From: Psammoneis japonica
Taxonomy: Eukaryota
Direction: 5' to 3'
DNA: 64,000 nucleotides
Assembly: GCA_008632985.1 (NCBI GenBank)
Contig: QPGO01000275.1
Location: 1 to 64,000, forward strand
Below, piece by piece: positions 40,426 through 53,715 of this stretch. Under the pieces are notes generated by a model, which was not told the origin of the DNA, searched no databases, and was given only the letters and a program-made list of their open reading frames with translations. The stretch's first letter is position 1; each line of letters starts with the position of its first letter. The position numbers were made by a program, and so were the translations under genes.

Positions 40426-41100
40426 TTTCACAAAGCAAGGAGCAAACAATCCCCACCCTGGACATGTCTGCTCTCCTGTTCCCCACTTTGGCCAAGACAT
40501 GGGCCCAGAACACTGGATGACTGTTGTCCTGTTTCAAAAGTTGTTGCCAATGTGCTTCCATCAACACTGAGACTGTGGCTTGATGACCCATCAGACTTGC
40601 TTTGTCCAATGCTGTTTCTCCCCCCACATCTTTGGCATGTCCACATTGTCTCCTTTGTCCAGCAGCAGTCTGGCAACACTTTCACTGCCTGAAACACCTT
40701 TTTGCTTCTGACACTTGAAGCACAATGAAGAGCCGTGCCACCCAAGGAGGCTGACTTCAAATCAACGTTGGCACCATTTTGCAGTGGAAACATGCACACA
40801 TCATCACACCCATTCATCAAAGCAATGTGCAACAGTGTCAAACCACTGCTGTCAGCTTTGTCATTGACTGCTGTGCCGCGCGATGCAAGCATGCAAGCCA
40901 TGGACACATCAAGCATCCAAATGCATGCCAGGTGCAAGAGCGTTGGTCCACATGACCAATCTGTCACACACGCTCCAGCATCCAGCAAGAGTTGCACTTT
41001 TGCATCTCAGTTGGCTGTGTCATGATGAGCAACAACATGAAAAAGGATGGGGGATGGAGCGCCATCACCCATTTGGTTCACAAGCATGTTTGGAATGCAT
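40400..41100 (-). pseudogene. Ankyrin-repeat protein
   Basis: 'LLLDAGA', 'GPTLLHLAC', 'GLTLLHIALMNGCDDVCMFPLQNGANVD', 'GGTALHCA', 'GETALDKASLMGH'. Confidence 0.85.
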
Positions 41101-44100
41101 CTGTGCTGCCACTTTCAAGCAAAAGGCTTGACTCCAAAACTTGATCCAGGTCCACTTCTAAACAGAACAGAACTGCCATCAAATTCGGTGCTGCTTTTGC
41201 TCATGGCTCATTTGCAGCATGTCCGAGCTGCTGTGCCATGCCTTCAGCACTTGGCACAGCTCACATTGGAGATGCTGCAGATGATGACAGCAGATGGGCC
41301 AAAAGGAGACAGTGGTCTGTTCCTCCCCCCTGCAGAGCTGTGAATGCTGGATGAATCTTGCACCACTCAGGTGATGTCCATCAGTGGCGGGGCCTTGTTG
41401 CTGGTCTGCACTTTCATGACTTCAGTCCCTGCAGAGGGAATGGCCACCTGGTGTGACCCAGATGTCACTGTGGCCTCAAATCTTAGTGTGTCAGACACTG
41501 GCTCTGTTGTTGCTCCTCCAGATGGCCAGTGCACAGTGCCTGCTTTGGCTCTGGATCACATGTGCCAATTCCTTTGGCACCATTCAGTCTTGTGGCTGTT
41601 GTTTGTGTGTGGCTCTTGGTGTCCCTTAGGCTTGCCAAAGCCCTTGGATTGCTTTGCAAATTTGTCTGCTGCTTGGTCATTTGACAGTGCACGTGCCCTT
41701 GCACTGGGTGGCAGCTCCAAGTCATGCCTCAATCAGCAGAGATTGGTCCTCTCCTGGCATCTGCAGCAGGCTCCTTGCTGAGCAGCCATGTCCCATGCTT
41801 GCCCAATTCTGTGCAGGGGAGTTTCCATTGCCCTCTTCCCTTGTGGACACTCAGGGTGAGTGGTCCCATGCATCTGCTCTCTGCCTTCTTGTCTCCACTT
41901 GCCTGTGGGACAGATGTGGTCCCCCAACATCTCCTTGGAGGACTTTGGGGCCAGTCTTGGTGCCATGAGTCAGGATGCAGTGAGAGTGCTGTCATCAGCA
42001 TTGCAGGGCCATCCCTTTCTGGCTGTCCAAGTGGTTTGCCATGGTGTCAACCTTCTCCACAGACTTTCAAGTTCATCCAATCCCAAGATCACAGTTTGCT
42101 GCTGCATCTCTCTTGCAGCTGTCACCTCAGGACCAAACCATGATGGTCTCATGTCATCCAAGTCAGCTGTGCCAGACTGGGATCTCACCTTTCAGATGCA
42201 TCATGATTGCATTCTCAACAAGCTCAATGACAGCTTGCACACCCAACATCTTGAGATTGCGCGAATCTTGCCTGGAGTGCTGGTTTTTCCTGGGGGCACT
42301 GTCTGGGTTCTCTGCCAATGGAATGCCATTCGGATCTCTGGTTTCACACCCTCTGGCCACCAAGAAACTTTGGACCTTGAAGTGTTTTGCAATCAACACA
42401 TTTGCAGTCCAATCTGTCAACCTGTTTCTGATGCAGTGCTCTCCCAAGGTTGTGAGTTTGGAATGGCCAGTGCCTCTGGTGTTGCTTGTCACCAACAGTG
42501 ACATTCAGGCTCAGATGGCCAGGAGCACCGGCGGAACCAGGGGTTGTTGCTGGTGTCAGCCAGTGAGGGCAGTGACAACATTGGTGACTGGCTTGTGAAC
42601 CATTCAGCAGTCCATTGTGCAATTGTGTTTCATCAGCCTCATGTTTGTTTTGGTGCTGGGACACACAGCTTCCTCTCCTGCTTGTGGGGGTGCATCAATG
42701 CTGTTGGGGCCCTTGCATGAGCCACCACCACCCAACTGCCTGCTGCCGCCAAGTGCACTTGAGCCTCCCACACTCAATCTCATGGTGGACACTTGGCTGC
42801 AACACCAAGCTGCCACCATCAGCCAGCACCAATCTCAACTCAAGTTGGCACAGTGCACACAACTGGGGTCATGGGTGCACCCCCTGGCTTGCAGCAGTCA
42901 TCTGACTGGCAACCCACTCTGCCACTGTTGGTGAGCTGCACTTTGTTCAGCAGTCCGCCAACAGGGGTGCACATGCTGTTGGCTTCATCAGCCCAGCAGG
43001 CATCTGGCTCTACACTGTGGCATTCTGCACCTTCTGTGCCCATGACTGTTTCCTTCAAAGTCACCCCAGCAGCTGCTGTTTGCACGTTGAAGGACTGGGT
43101 TTTGTGCCCAGCCAGCAACTGATCACACCAGGCACCAAAGGTCACAGCACCATCTCTTGTCTCCTCTCCTCCTTTTGGAACCCATCTTTTTAATGCTGCT
43201 CTGCTGACTTCACAGTGAGTGTGCTCCCAGATGAATGCAAACTGCCCCCCTGCCCACATTTGTCCAGCATTCTGTGATGCCACATTCAGTCAATCAGCGG
43301 GGCTGGTGGCCTGTCATGCATCATGTCACAGGAGTGTCTCATGCAAACAGGTTCTTTTGGTGCCTCCTTTAAATTTGGCATTTTCTTGTGTAGAAGCTTT
43401 TTGGGCCTGGCATCAAGTCAGTGTGGACATTCAATGCTCTGCCAACCTTTTGCAGCCCCTGACTCAATGTGTGTTCACTCTCACACTCACTCTGCCAGAA
43501 TCCACCAGCCCAGTCTGCCTTCCTTGGATGGGGCTGTTGGTCACGTCCATGGAATTGCTGCTGGCACATTTTCAGTCAGTGGCTCCTGCAGCTTGGGGGG
43601 TGATGGGTCCACCAATTTAACAGCAGCAGTCTGCCATGTGAACCTTTGCAATGTGTGCTCTGCACTCTGTGATTGTGTGCTGTCCATTTGCCTTGGGAAG
43701 TTTTGGATGCCTTTTGTGTTGCCCACTCTCACCATTTTCTGCATTGTCTTGTGGAGCTTCACTTCTGTGACTCCTCTTTGTCTGGAGAGCACATGGTGGT
43801 CTGGCGCACTTGGTCTCTGAGGCCTCTGGTCAATGTTCAGCACTGCCCACTCTCAAGCACCCACCATCCTGTGCAATGGGATGAAGCAGCCAATCACTCA
43901 CATGCATTGACACTTTGGATGGAGTGCACCATGGCTTTGTTTGGGACAAACCTGCACTCTGATGCATGTCTGTGGTCCGTGCTGGCAGAGGCAATCCTGG
44001 AGCTCATCATGGCAACTTGTCACAAAATTTCATCTGCTCAGCTCACCACCTTGGATGTGGCCACCAACAAGTGGCTGAAATTCACTGATGACATGCCTCG

Positions 44101-44499
44101 CATGAAGCAACAGGTGCTTTCTCAAGTGGAAATCTGATGCCAACACTTGCTGCTTTTGTGACCTCTTTGCTTTGGTTGAGTGCAAGCCTCCCACAATCCA
44201 AACCATGGACCACAGGTTGCAACAAACTGGCAAATGTCTGTCTTTTCCACACCAACACCGGAGGTCCAAATCCATGCTGTGCCAACAAGACCTCCCCCCT
44301 GCAGCATGTCACTGTGGAGAAAGCCAAGTGGTCATCACATCTGTTGAATGACTTTGCATGTCTTTGTTCTTGGACAGAGCAGCCAGCAGTGGCAGCAAAG
44401 TTGGAACTGACCAAGGCCTTTGCAGACACAATGATGGTGAAGCTCTCTCTGCACCCACCTGCTGGGATGCACACTGTCCAACCCAGCTCAGTTTCCCAT

Positions 44500-45130
44500 C
44501 ATGCACAAGTCCAGTGGGCTCCTTGAGCTCTCCTGTGACTGGAGTGTCCCCGTTCTTAGACTCTGTGGACAAGGCAAGCTTGTCATGTCTGAACTCAGGC
44601 TGGGCAGCTGGAGCACAGAAATCAATTTGATGTGGCACCTCAGTCACACCATTCTTGTTTGGTGGGGCTTCTCCATGAAATTCTTTGATGACAGAATGCA
44701 GAAGCTGCTCATCGTCAACACTGAAGGGCTCCATGTCAATGTCTTGGAGTTCATTGCCATCACAATTGATGTGTGCAGCATGGTCTGCAAGTGAAGTTCT
44801 GTGACAATTGGAGATGCTAAATCTTGTGCGCAAGCCAACAACACAAGTGCCCTCTCTTGGTTCCACTGTGCCAGTCCCTCTCATTGCCCAGTTGTTCAAT
44901 GCCCAGCACATTTTCTTGACACCTTTCTCTTTGCCACTGACTTTCTGGGGAGACTGGTGAGAGCAGCCATGTCAAGGGGAGCACCATCAATGAGGCGGAC
45001 ACCCTCTCTTGCCCAGCAGACTGTCTTTCATCTGGCAGCATTCAACATCATGCAATGCTCCTGTTTGTTGACAATTCAAGTGTGCAGAGTCCCCTCAGAG
45101 ATTGGTGTCATGATTTCATTGCTTGTTGAA
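44500..45130 (+). pseudogene. DIRS/Ngaro-type retrotransposon RNase H fragment (element may extend left to ~41350)
   Basis: 'LGSWSTEINLMW', 'LHVNVLEFIAITI', 'ANNTSALSW', 'HVKGSTINEADTLS' (HxxGxxNxxADxLS) at ~44968. Confidence 0.62.
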
Positions 45131-45269
45131 CAGGGCACAATTGTGGGCTTGTCTGGACCACCAATCACATGGCTTTTGAGTCTTGTGCTGGCTGCTTTCT
45201 TGGGCAGTGCAGCTTCAACAACGTCCACCTCTCACAACTGACTTTGACCCAAATCTTCATGATCCTCAG

Positions 45270-46882
45270 CTGCTGTCATGCTTGGGTCTTTCTGTTCAAT
45301 GGAGTTCCCAACCATCAAAATGCACCACACTTGCTTGGAGAGAAACAGCCCATCAGATCTGTTTGGGGCATCTAGCTTCTTGTTCTGCTGGAGTTCTTCT
45401 GAAGAACATCTCTGCTCTTTGCTGACAAACACCATGAAGAAAGTGGGAGTTTTTGTTGTTGTTGCTGCTCCAGCGGCAGTCTTGTGTGCTGCCACCATGT
45501 GGAACAATCCTCAGGATGGCATCAACAGAAAGTCCTTGCGCAATTTCTGATCCAATCAAAAAGACCAAAACCTGCAGCAGGACAATGATCATGAGAATGA
45601 CTGGGAACCTCTTGTTGGATGCTGGAAAGGCACTCTGGGTGTGCCACCCAGTTTAGAGTTGCACATCATTTTTTGTGTCTTGCCTGTTTTTGGACAAGTC
45701 TTCATGCACAGTCTTGATCAGGGAGGACAGCTGAGTTCATCCCTGCCATGGCAACATGGTTCAATCCAGACACCAACGGGATTCATGTCTTTGTTGATGC
45801 CATCAACGGTGTCTACATTGGAAAGCTTGACAATGTGACCAGAAACAAAATGACGGGAACATGGCAGCAGCGTGGCAGAAGCATGTCTCTAGATTGTGGT
45901 CATTGCAACCCACCAAACAAGGAGATGAGTGTTCCTCATGCAGCTCAATTTGCTGCAGAAAAGCAGTGATGCAATTGTTGGAATGGAAGGCTGTTGGCAC
46001 GGCTGCCTGGATGATGACACCTGTGACAGAGATGCACCATGTCCTCCACTGTTGGTTGTGATCCAAACAGAAAAAGTTGGACAACAATGTTGTGGAACCC
46101 AAGCTGTTTCTTCCTGATCAGAGTCACCTGCCCGTGCCAATTTGGACCTTTCTGATTGATGTTGATGGCCAGGTCAAAATTGTGCATGATGGCAGTGACT
46201 AGATTTTCCAAGACACTCTGGATGAAAAGACAATGATTGGCACTGTCAAGTGCAACAACATGGATGCAGCATCTGCCTTGACCCATTTGTTGGTGGAACA
46301 CTTTCCAAGCAAAGTTGAGGACTGAGCAACAGCAATCTCACCAAATCATGTGCTGCAAAGAGAGGTCAAACTTGCTGCTGCGTACAATCACACTGCAAAC
46401 AGAGCTCACGTCCTTGACTTGCGAATGCATTCAAACCAACAGGATTGGCAAAATGAACAAAGTGCAAAATGACTGTCTTCAATTGGCCAACAAAGCCTGC
46501 CATGCTAGAAGCCACACAAGGCCCAACGTCATTTTTCTGCCAGAAACCAGAAACCCCACGTGCTGAAACCTCTTCTGTGCCAGCCAGGAAAATCACAAAG
46601 TGTTTGAGGGTGGACACACCTTGAGGTCTCAGTTTTGCATGTGATGGATGGATGCAGTTGAGCAAATTAAGTTCAAAACAAAGTTTTTTGACAGCAAGAC
46701 AAACAGCACAGTAGAAGTGCAGTTCAGTGCTGGTTTGAACATCTAGCAAACATGTCATGCACACAATCAAAGCTCATTGTTTTTGCAAAACAAAGCCACA
46801 GCAACTGTTTCACATCCCTGGAACAAAGCTGTCTGGTTGCTTTCTTTTTCTTCCGGTTTTCCTGCAGCTGAACAGATCTGGC
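45270..46882. repeat. Segmental repeat copy C (partial, more diverged)
   Basis: Matches 17470-19130 and 38690-40425. Confidence 0.82.
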
Positions 46883-48553
46883 ATTGACTTTTGTCAGAGC
46901 TCAAATGGTCGAAAGGAATCTTTCACATGAATTGTCAAAAATCATCATCATCACCATGAATGACCATGACATTCAGTGCCCTTGACGGCTCACTTGTTCC
47001 AACCTTTTGGCAACACAAATGACACCATTAGAATGGCGATCATTTGGTTTGTCATGATGGGGTCCCAATGCCAACATGAGTCACTCATGGTTGACTTGTG
47101 GTTGATTTTAGACATGGCAAAACTGCTCAGTGGCTTCTTCCAAACATCAACCATGGTGACCCCCTTGTGGCAGAAACTGGGAAGAAACAACATTTCCATT
47201 GAGTCCTCCACATTGTTCATTTTAGCCATGCATGCCTCTAATTTTGCCTCAGCCTTCAATCTGGACTCCTTGTGGTTTGCATTTGTGGCGACACAACACA
47301 AGGACAATCCTTGTGTGCCAAATGATCTGTTGACATTCTGCTCACAAGCTGCCACAATTCATCCAATCTTTTATGATGCAGGTCAACATCAGTGCATGTC
47401 ACTGAATGCTTTGAATGGTGTGATGAAAGTGATTCACAAAAGTCATCATAGAAGGGACTCGAAAGTGCCATTGCATGTCTTGCATTTTTGCAGTGGAGAT
47501 TCTGTCTCATTTGTGTCATGGCATAAAATCTGAACAGTCGTCTTGTGACTCGGTCTCATGCTGTGCAAAAAGACATGAAGTTGGTGCTCATGACCCAATG
47601 AATTTGTGTCTCTGATTGATGTTGCACTGCTGGTCATCTTCTGGGTCTGTTGATTGTGGCCTGTGTTGCGCCATTTCTGTGGTTCTGTGGGTCATCANTC
47701 ATTTGGTTCTTTCAAGACATGACTGCAATGTCTGTCTCTTGTGTGCTCCACATTTTTTTGCACAGCTGTGACTCTCACCACTGCCTTTTGCTCCAGAAGA
47801 CCCACAATCCTGTTTTTGCCAAGCTTTTGATTTTCCCAGTGTGGGTGGGGGGCATTGGTGGAGAGAGGTCATTCCTGTGCAGACAGCGGATCACTCTCAG
47901 CACGTTTTAAATGATCATTCAAAAATGTTGCATCAGTCACAAATGTGGAGCCAAGCAACTTTGCAAAAACTCAACTGAAATGTCGTCTGATCAACGGTGT
48001 TTTGATTTGCATGGTGAAGAGCAATGCCTTTGACAAGAAAACAATTCAACCAATTTCTTGAGAAGTTGACATTCAGATGTAGATGGACAGACAAACTGAC
48101 GACAATTGTTTTTGTTGCCCATGGTGCTGTTCCACACAATTTCCACAAAATGACTCTCAGAGAGCCCCAGTGATTCCTGTTGGGTGCTTTTGTTGCACTG
48201 CTGGCACTTGTGACAGTTGGAGCCTTTGTGCAGCTGATGCATGTGGTGATTGGAGCCTCTTTGTCACACTGAATGACAGCCAAAGCAGCCAACTTCACAT
48301 TGAAAATGACATGCCAAAGTTGCCATGTTGCAGCAAGCCTTTGAAACCAGGAGCGCAGAAGCTGTTTTTGGTTTTGGGGTTGTCCCAGCCAGCAGCACAT
48401 CATCAACCCCATCCAACGAGTTGCCAAATGGGCAAAGCTTGGCTGCAATGTGAGCTTTCTTGCTTGCTTGTTGGCACCACTGGCTGTTCTTCCAAGTCTG
48501 GAGATCTTTGAGACAAGGGCTCTCTCTGACACTGCTTTGCACAGTCAAGCTGC

Positions 48554-48990
48554 TCTCAATTTCTTGGATGACTTTGTCATCAGCAATGCCAAGGCAGCCA
48601 TCAAATCTCAAACACTTCATGCTCAGTGGCAAATTAGCAACATTGCAAAGAAGGTTCCCAAAGATGGGGTCATTTGGAGTTCATGTTCACCTGATGACAA
48701 GGACAATTTTCTCAAATGGAGCTCAATTTCTTGGATGACTTTGTCATCAGCAATGCCAAGGCAGTCATCAAATCTCAAACACTTTGTGCTCAGTGGCAAA
48801 AGCATCATTCTTCACATGAACAAGAGCTCTCAGTCCATCCTTGCAGTCCATTTTGAGCATTGGCCATTGCAGGAAAGATGAGAGATGGTGAGACTCTCAA
48901 TCAGCAACATTGCAAAGAAGGTTCCCAAAGATGGGATCATTTGGAGTTCATGTTCACAAGATGACCAGGGCAATTCTCAAGTGGAGCTCA
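48554..48990. repeat. Local duplication A-B-A'-x-B'
   Basis: 48554-48632 ~ 48722-48800; 48636-48726 ~ 48903-48990. Confidence 0.85.
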
Positions 48991-49229
48991 AATTCAGAAG
49001 AAAATGGATGAAAGAGTCAAGCAATGCACACATGGAACAAGAGTGCTCAAACAGGTCACAACAAAACATGTCAGATTGTCTGTGCTCAGCTGGAATTGAA
49101 ACAACTGACATTGCCCCCCACTCAAGCTTTGGACACACCTGAGAAAGCAATGAATGGATTGGAGACATTTCAAAAAGCAGGACAGAGAGTGATTGAGCAT
49201 TTGCTCATGATCCCCAAGCACAGTTGTTG

Positions 49230-50723
49230 TCAGCAACAAAATGTTTTGCAGTGAGTGCAGTTTAGCGTCATTTTCTGTTGATCAGTCAGCTGGTTTGAGA
49301 GCCACAAATTGGTGCCTTTTTCCAAGAATGAGTCCAGTGTGTGATGCTCCAGCTCTTTCTTGCACTTGTTGAGATGCCTTTTGTGTTCCTGCAATTTGTG
49401 GGAGTGACATCCAAAAACCAACTTGTGCATTGTCAGCAGTTTGGGGTGTTTGGGACCAAGTTCCACATGAACACCAACACAGACACAGTCTGGCACTTCC
49501 ATTCCCTGTGGCACTGCATCGTCATCAATGGCAATCCTCAAGTGAGCAACTTTTCCCATTTCTTGCAGCTTGCCAAAGGTGTCTGCAAATCACACCTTGC
49601 CAACATGAGGTGAAGCAAGTGCAATGAGATGAGTCTTTTTGTCAATGCTGTTGCTCACTGCCGTGGGAGTTGCTGCCATGGCAGCCATGGCAGCCATGGC
49701 ACCTCCCAAACTGTGACCTGCAAAACAAAGAGAATGCCCCTCATGCCTTGGATCCTTGAGAAAAGTCAAAATCTCATGAACAATCTTGGTGAACTTGATC
49801 TCTCTGTTGTTGCCTTCTGGTTCAAACAAATGCTGGTAAAAACCACAATGACTGTGATGTCATTTCAACAAGCAACAAATGAGTGGCATCACTGCAAGAT
49901 GGGAAATCAGCAAGAACAAAGCACATTGTGGACAACAGATTCTCTCCATGTGCATGTGAGACTCACATGGTGACATTGTCAAAATCATTCAGCACATCCG
50001 CAGGATTCGGAATGACCGCCAACTCCTTGGGCATGTGGCGAATGTCTCGTTCATGGGCCTTGAAATCTTGTCCCCAGTCTCTCATGTTGATGCTTCCCCA
50101 AAAGGCAATGGTCAGTTGCTTTGGTGCAGGATTCCTTGCCATCCATGGATGGGTCTTGATTGTCATCTGTGAAATCTAAACTGGTCATCCAACACTTCAT
50201 GTGTTGCTTCTTCATCTTCTTTTGAATTGGAGTTTTTATTGACAAGGTGCTGCAAAATTTCTAAATCAAATTCGGGGTTGCATTTGCAAAGCAATTTCCA
50301 TCTGGATTTTTTCAACCAGTCCATGTTGCGTTTGAGCCACTCCAACATTTCCGATGCCATTCTTGGAGTTGTGCAAAAGAAATTAGGATCGTCAAGTGCA
50401 TTCTTCCCATCAACAAGGTTGCTCCAATTGTTGAAGAGTGCAAAATCTTGAATCAGACAGGACACTGCAAGCATCAGATGCATTTCACTGAAAAGCAAAC
50501 GTTTTTCTTGTTGTGAATCATCATCAACACTCTGTTGTAAATTGTCATGAGTTTCTGCCAAACAAGTTGTTGTTTCATCAACATTGGTGTTGTTGTTGCA
50601 CTCCTCAACTGCATGTGCAGATTCCATTGGTGTGAAAAGCAATGAAAACAGGAAAAGTGCAAGCAGGCCCACTGGTGGAAACCACTGGGGCCTTTTGGTC
50701 ATGGGCATTGTGCATGGTGGCAT
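49230..50723 (-). pseudogene. Class 3 lipase with N-terminal signal peptide
   Basis: 'LTIAFWGS', 'DWGQDF', 'SLCFAGHSLGGAMA' (GxSxG), 'ASPHVG', 'HLRIAIDDDAVPQ'; hydrophobic N-terminus; stops and frameshifts. Confidence 0.85.
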
Positions 50724-51790
50724 GTGTGTCTTGGTTCTTTGACAGACTTGAAGACTTGGGAAGTCTCCAGCTGTGCCAGTTTTGTTGCATCATGTGGCAA
50801 CAATTGTTTTTATCAACATTCATCAATGTGAGCCAAAACAACCAATCACATTGATGATGACATCAAAGTTGCCACATTGCAGTGTTTGAAATTTTGAACA
50901 AGAAACAATGCCAGCCAATGCACATTGAATCCACACGATGACTTGTGCAGGCTCTGTGCGTGCCAGCTCTCATTGTAAAATTTTGAGCACGTGTCAAAAT
51001 TTTGACGTTTCAAGATGGTGGGGTCAACCAGCAGCAGCAACACCGTGAATGACACACAACAGTCACAGTGCAGCGGCATCAAGAGTCAATTGGCTCTGCC
51101 GCTGTGGTCGCCATCTCCGTTGACTGCACCAAACAACAATGACAATGGATTGATGCAACAAGAGCTGATGATGATGCACCCATTGGCTGCCACAGCATCA
51201 GCACCAGGCTCCACATTGAACCAGTTTCCAGCACCCACCGCTCCCATGACACAATCTCATGCCTAATCCCTTTGCAGCTCAGAGCCAACAACTCTTGGTG
51301 GCCACGTCCTTGACGTGTTCCAGCTCCCCAGGTGATGCACAAAATGACAATCCATTTTGAACACAAATCATGCATCTCTTGTGTGCAGCATTTGAACACA
51401 AAATGCTTGGGCGGATGGGCTTTCACAGGTGTCTAGAGTGTGAACATCCAAATGGTTTTTTTGTTGGCACTCAACTCCTCATGGGGCATGCATCACAAAC
51501 TTCCTCTGCAGACTCAACGCTGGTTCTGCATCAGCACATTTTACACTGAGATTTCTTTTCAGGTGGAAAACCACCAAGCATCATCACAGAAAGATGTGTT
51601 TGGGCAACATCCAAACAACGGCAACAATTTTGCCGAAAATCATCCGTTGTGTTGCGAAAATCATCTGTTGTGTTGCGACTCATTTGTCACAATGAAAAAC
51701 ACAGATGGCACAATGACAATGGCATTGCAACACTCATGTGAGTCTTGTCAGTGTTGCAAAACATTCAAATTTGGATGAATCCATGCTTTT

Positions 51791-52590
51791 GGTGGTGAAA
51801 GCTCGTTTGTGAGTGAGAGACCATGCAAAAATCATGCAAATGTTGTTTTTGTTCACGACATGCCAGCTGAAACATGTCCCTTGCTAAATGGGAATCCTGG
51901 CCCACTCCTGTGGACCGCGACATGTTTCAACTGGCGCGTGACAGATTTCTGCGTGATTTCCATGTCCCTCGCACAAATCGCGCAGCCCTGCGGCGCAAAT
52001 CATCTGCCCACCACCCCAGTCATTTGAGCTTCATTGTTCAGCTTCACGCCTGCTCACTGTCCAGGTTCGCCAATCCAAAACAATGTTCATGGGTCCATCT
52101 CTTTCATCTGGGAAGCTGGTTGACAGAAGAGACAAGAAAGGTCTCTTTCACAGCTTTTGCTCTCTTGGCAATCAATTGGTTGGTGGTGAAAGCTCGTTTG
52201 TGAGTGAGAGACTGCACAAAAATTGTGCAAATGTCGTTTTTGTGCATGATTTGGGTCACGTGCCGGCTGGAACACGTCCCTTGCTGAGTGGGACTCCTGG
52301 CCCACTCCTGTGGACCGCAACATGTTTTAACTGGTGCATGACAGATTTCCACGTGATTTCTACGTCCCTCGCACAAATCGCGTAGCCCTGCGGCACAAAT
52401 CGTCTGTCCACCACCCCAATCATTTGAACTTCATTGTTCAACTTCATTGTTCAGCTTCACACCCGCTCACTGATTGGGTCTGCCAATCCAAAACAACATT
52501 CATGGGTCCATCTCTTTCATCTGGGAAGCTGATTGACAGAAGAGACAAGAAAGGTCTCTTTCATGGCTTTCACTCTCTTGACAATCAATT
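51791..52590. repeat. Tandem duplication, ~400 bp unit x2
   Basis: ggtggtgaaagctcgtttgtgagtgagagac at ~51791 and ~52182; internal offset of exactly 400 (51921 vs 52321). Confidence 0.9.
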
Positions 52591-53715
52591 AAAATGTAAA
52601 GTGCGACGATTCAGGAAACTTGGTGCAAGTCAACACCACAGGATTGAAGTCAAAAAGGAGGTCCGAAAGATGACAAAACAAACAAAGAGCCAAGCCTAGT
52701 CAAAGAGAGAGTTGTGACAAAACTGTGAAAAGATGCCAGCTCGATTCCTAGACAAAGGTGACTAGATGCAAAAAATCGACACTGCTCATCACATGGAGTG
52801 TGCTGTGTGCTGAGCAATGAAACCCCGGCCAGTCGCACGACACTTTGCACCTCCGACAAGAACAGTTTGTGACATGTAGTTTGCCTTGGTCTGGATGTGG
52901 AACATGAAGTGAAGGATCCACTTGTTATGAATGCATGGAAGATCTCTCGCAAACTCTGCCACCAACCTCTTTCAAAGCCAAGCGTTGCAAAAAGAGGAAT
53001 GGTCTGTAGAAGTCCTGGCCCTCACATCAGCATCTGAACAGTTTTCCCACAGGAGTGATCTTTCTGTCACCAATCTTCTCAAAATCAACTGTTGCCCGCA
53101 CAACGTAGACCACCATGTGCACCGTTAGAATTGCAAGCACGCTTCGACGCAAATTCGCCATGGTGGCTACGCAAATTCTGCGTGGAATTTCTTGCTTTTT
53201 ACCAGGAGCCAAAAAATTTGCACGGTGCGATTTGTGAGGTGGTGCATGTGCAAAAGTGTGCCAGATTCTACGTGCGTAGAGATTGGTGTGTTTTCTGCAC
53301 AAATCGCCAAAGTCACCTCACCAACTTGAACCCATGCCACCTCAAGGGGGTCATTTGCTGCTTTTTTTAGCTCGAATTTGGCCGAACAGCTCGTGATTTG
53401 CATGATTTTTCCTGAATTTCACCGTGCTTCACCGTGGTGAAAACACCAAGCCACAAGTCTGTGACGGAGGTGGGCCGTGCGTCAACTCTCATTTGTTTTG
53501 TGTTCGATGTGTGTCAAAGGTCACGTGCACATCAAATGTTTGTGCATGGACCACTGCGTTTTGGACTTGTGTTGACATCACCGTCATGGTTGTGCTTTGA
53601 TCACGGTGGCTGATGTTCTCATTTTCGTGCATGATTGGGGGTGAATGCACATGATTTTTGCACTCAAAAACAAACACCACAAATGTCCTCACTCAAATGC
53701 CACGGCAATTCTGGG

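Noticed and set aside
47933..48532. TKAPT-repeat secreted protein relic
   Set aside because: Only two short motifs; too weak to call.
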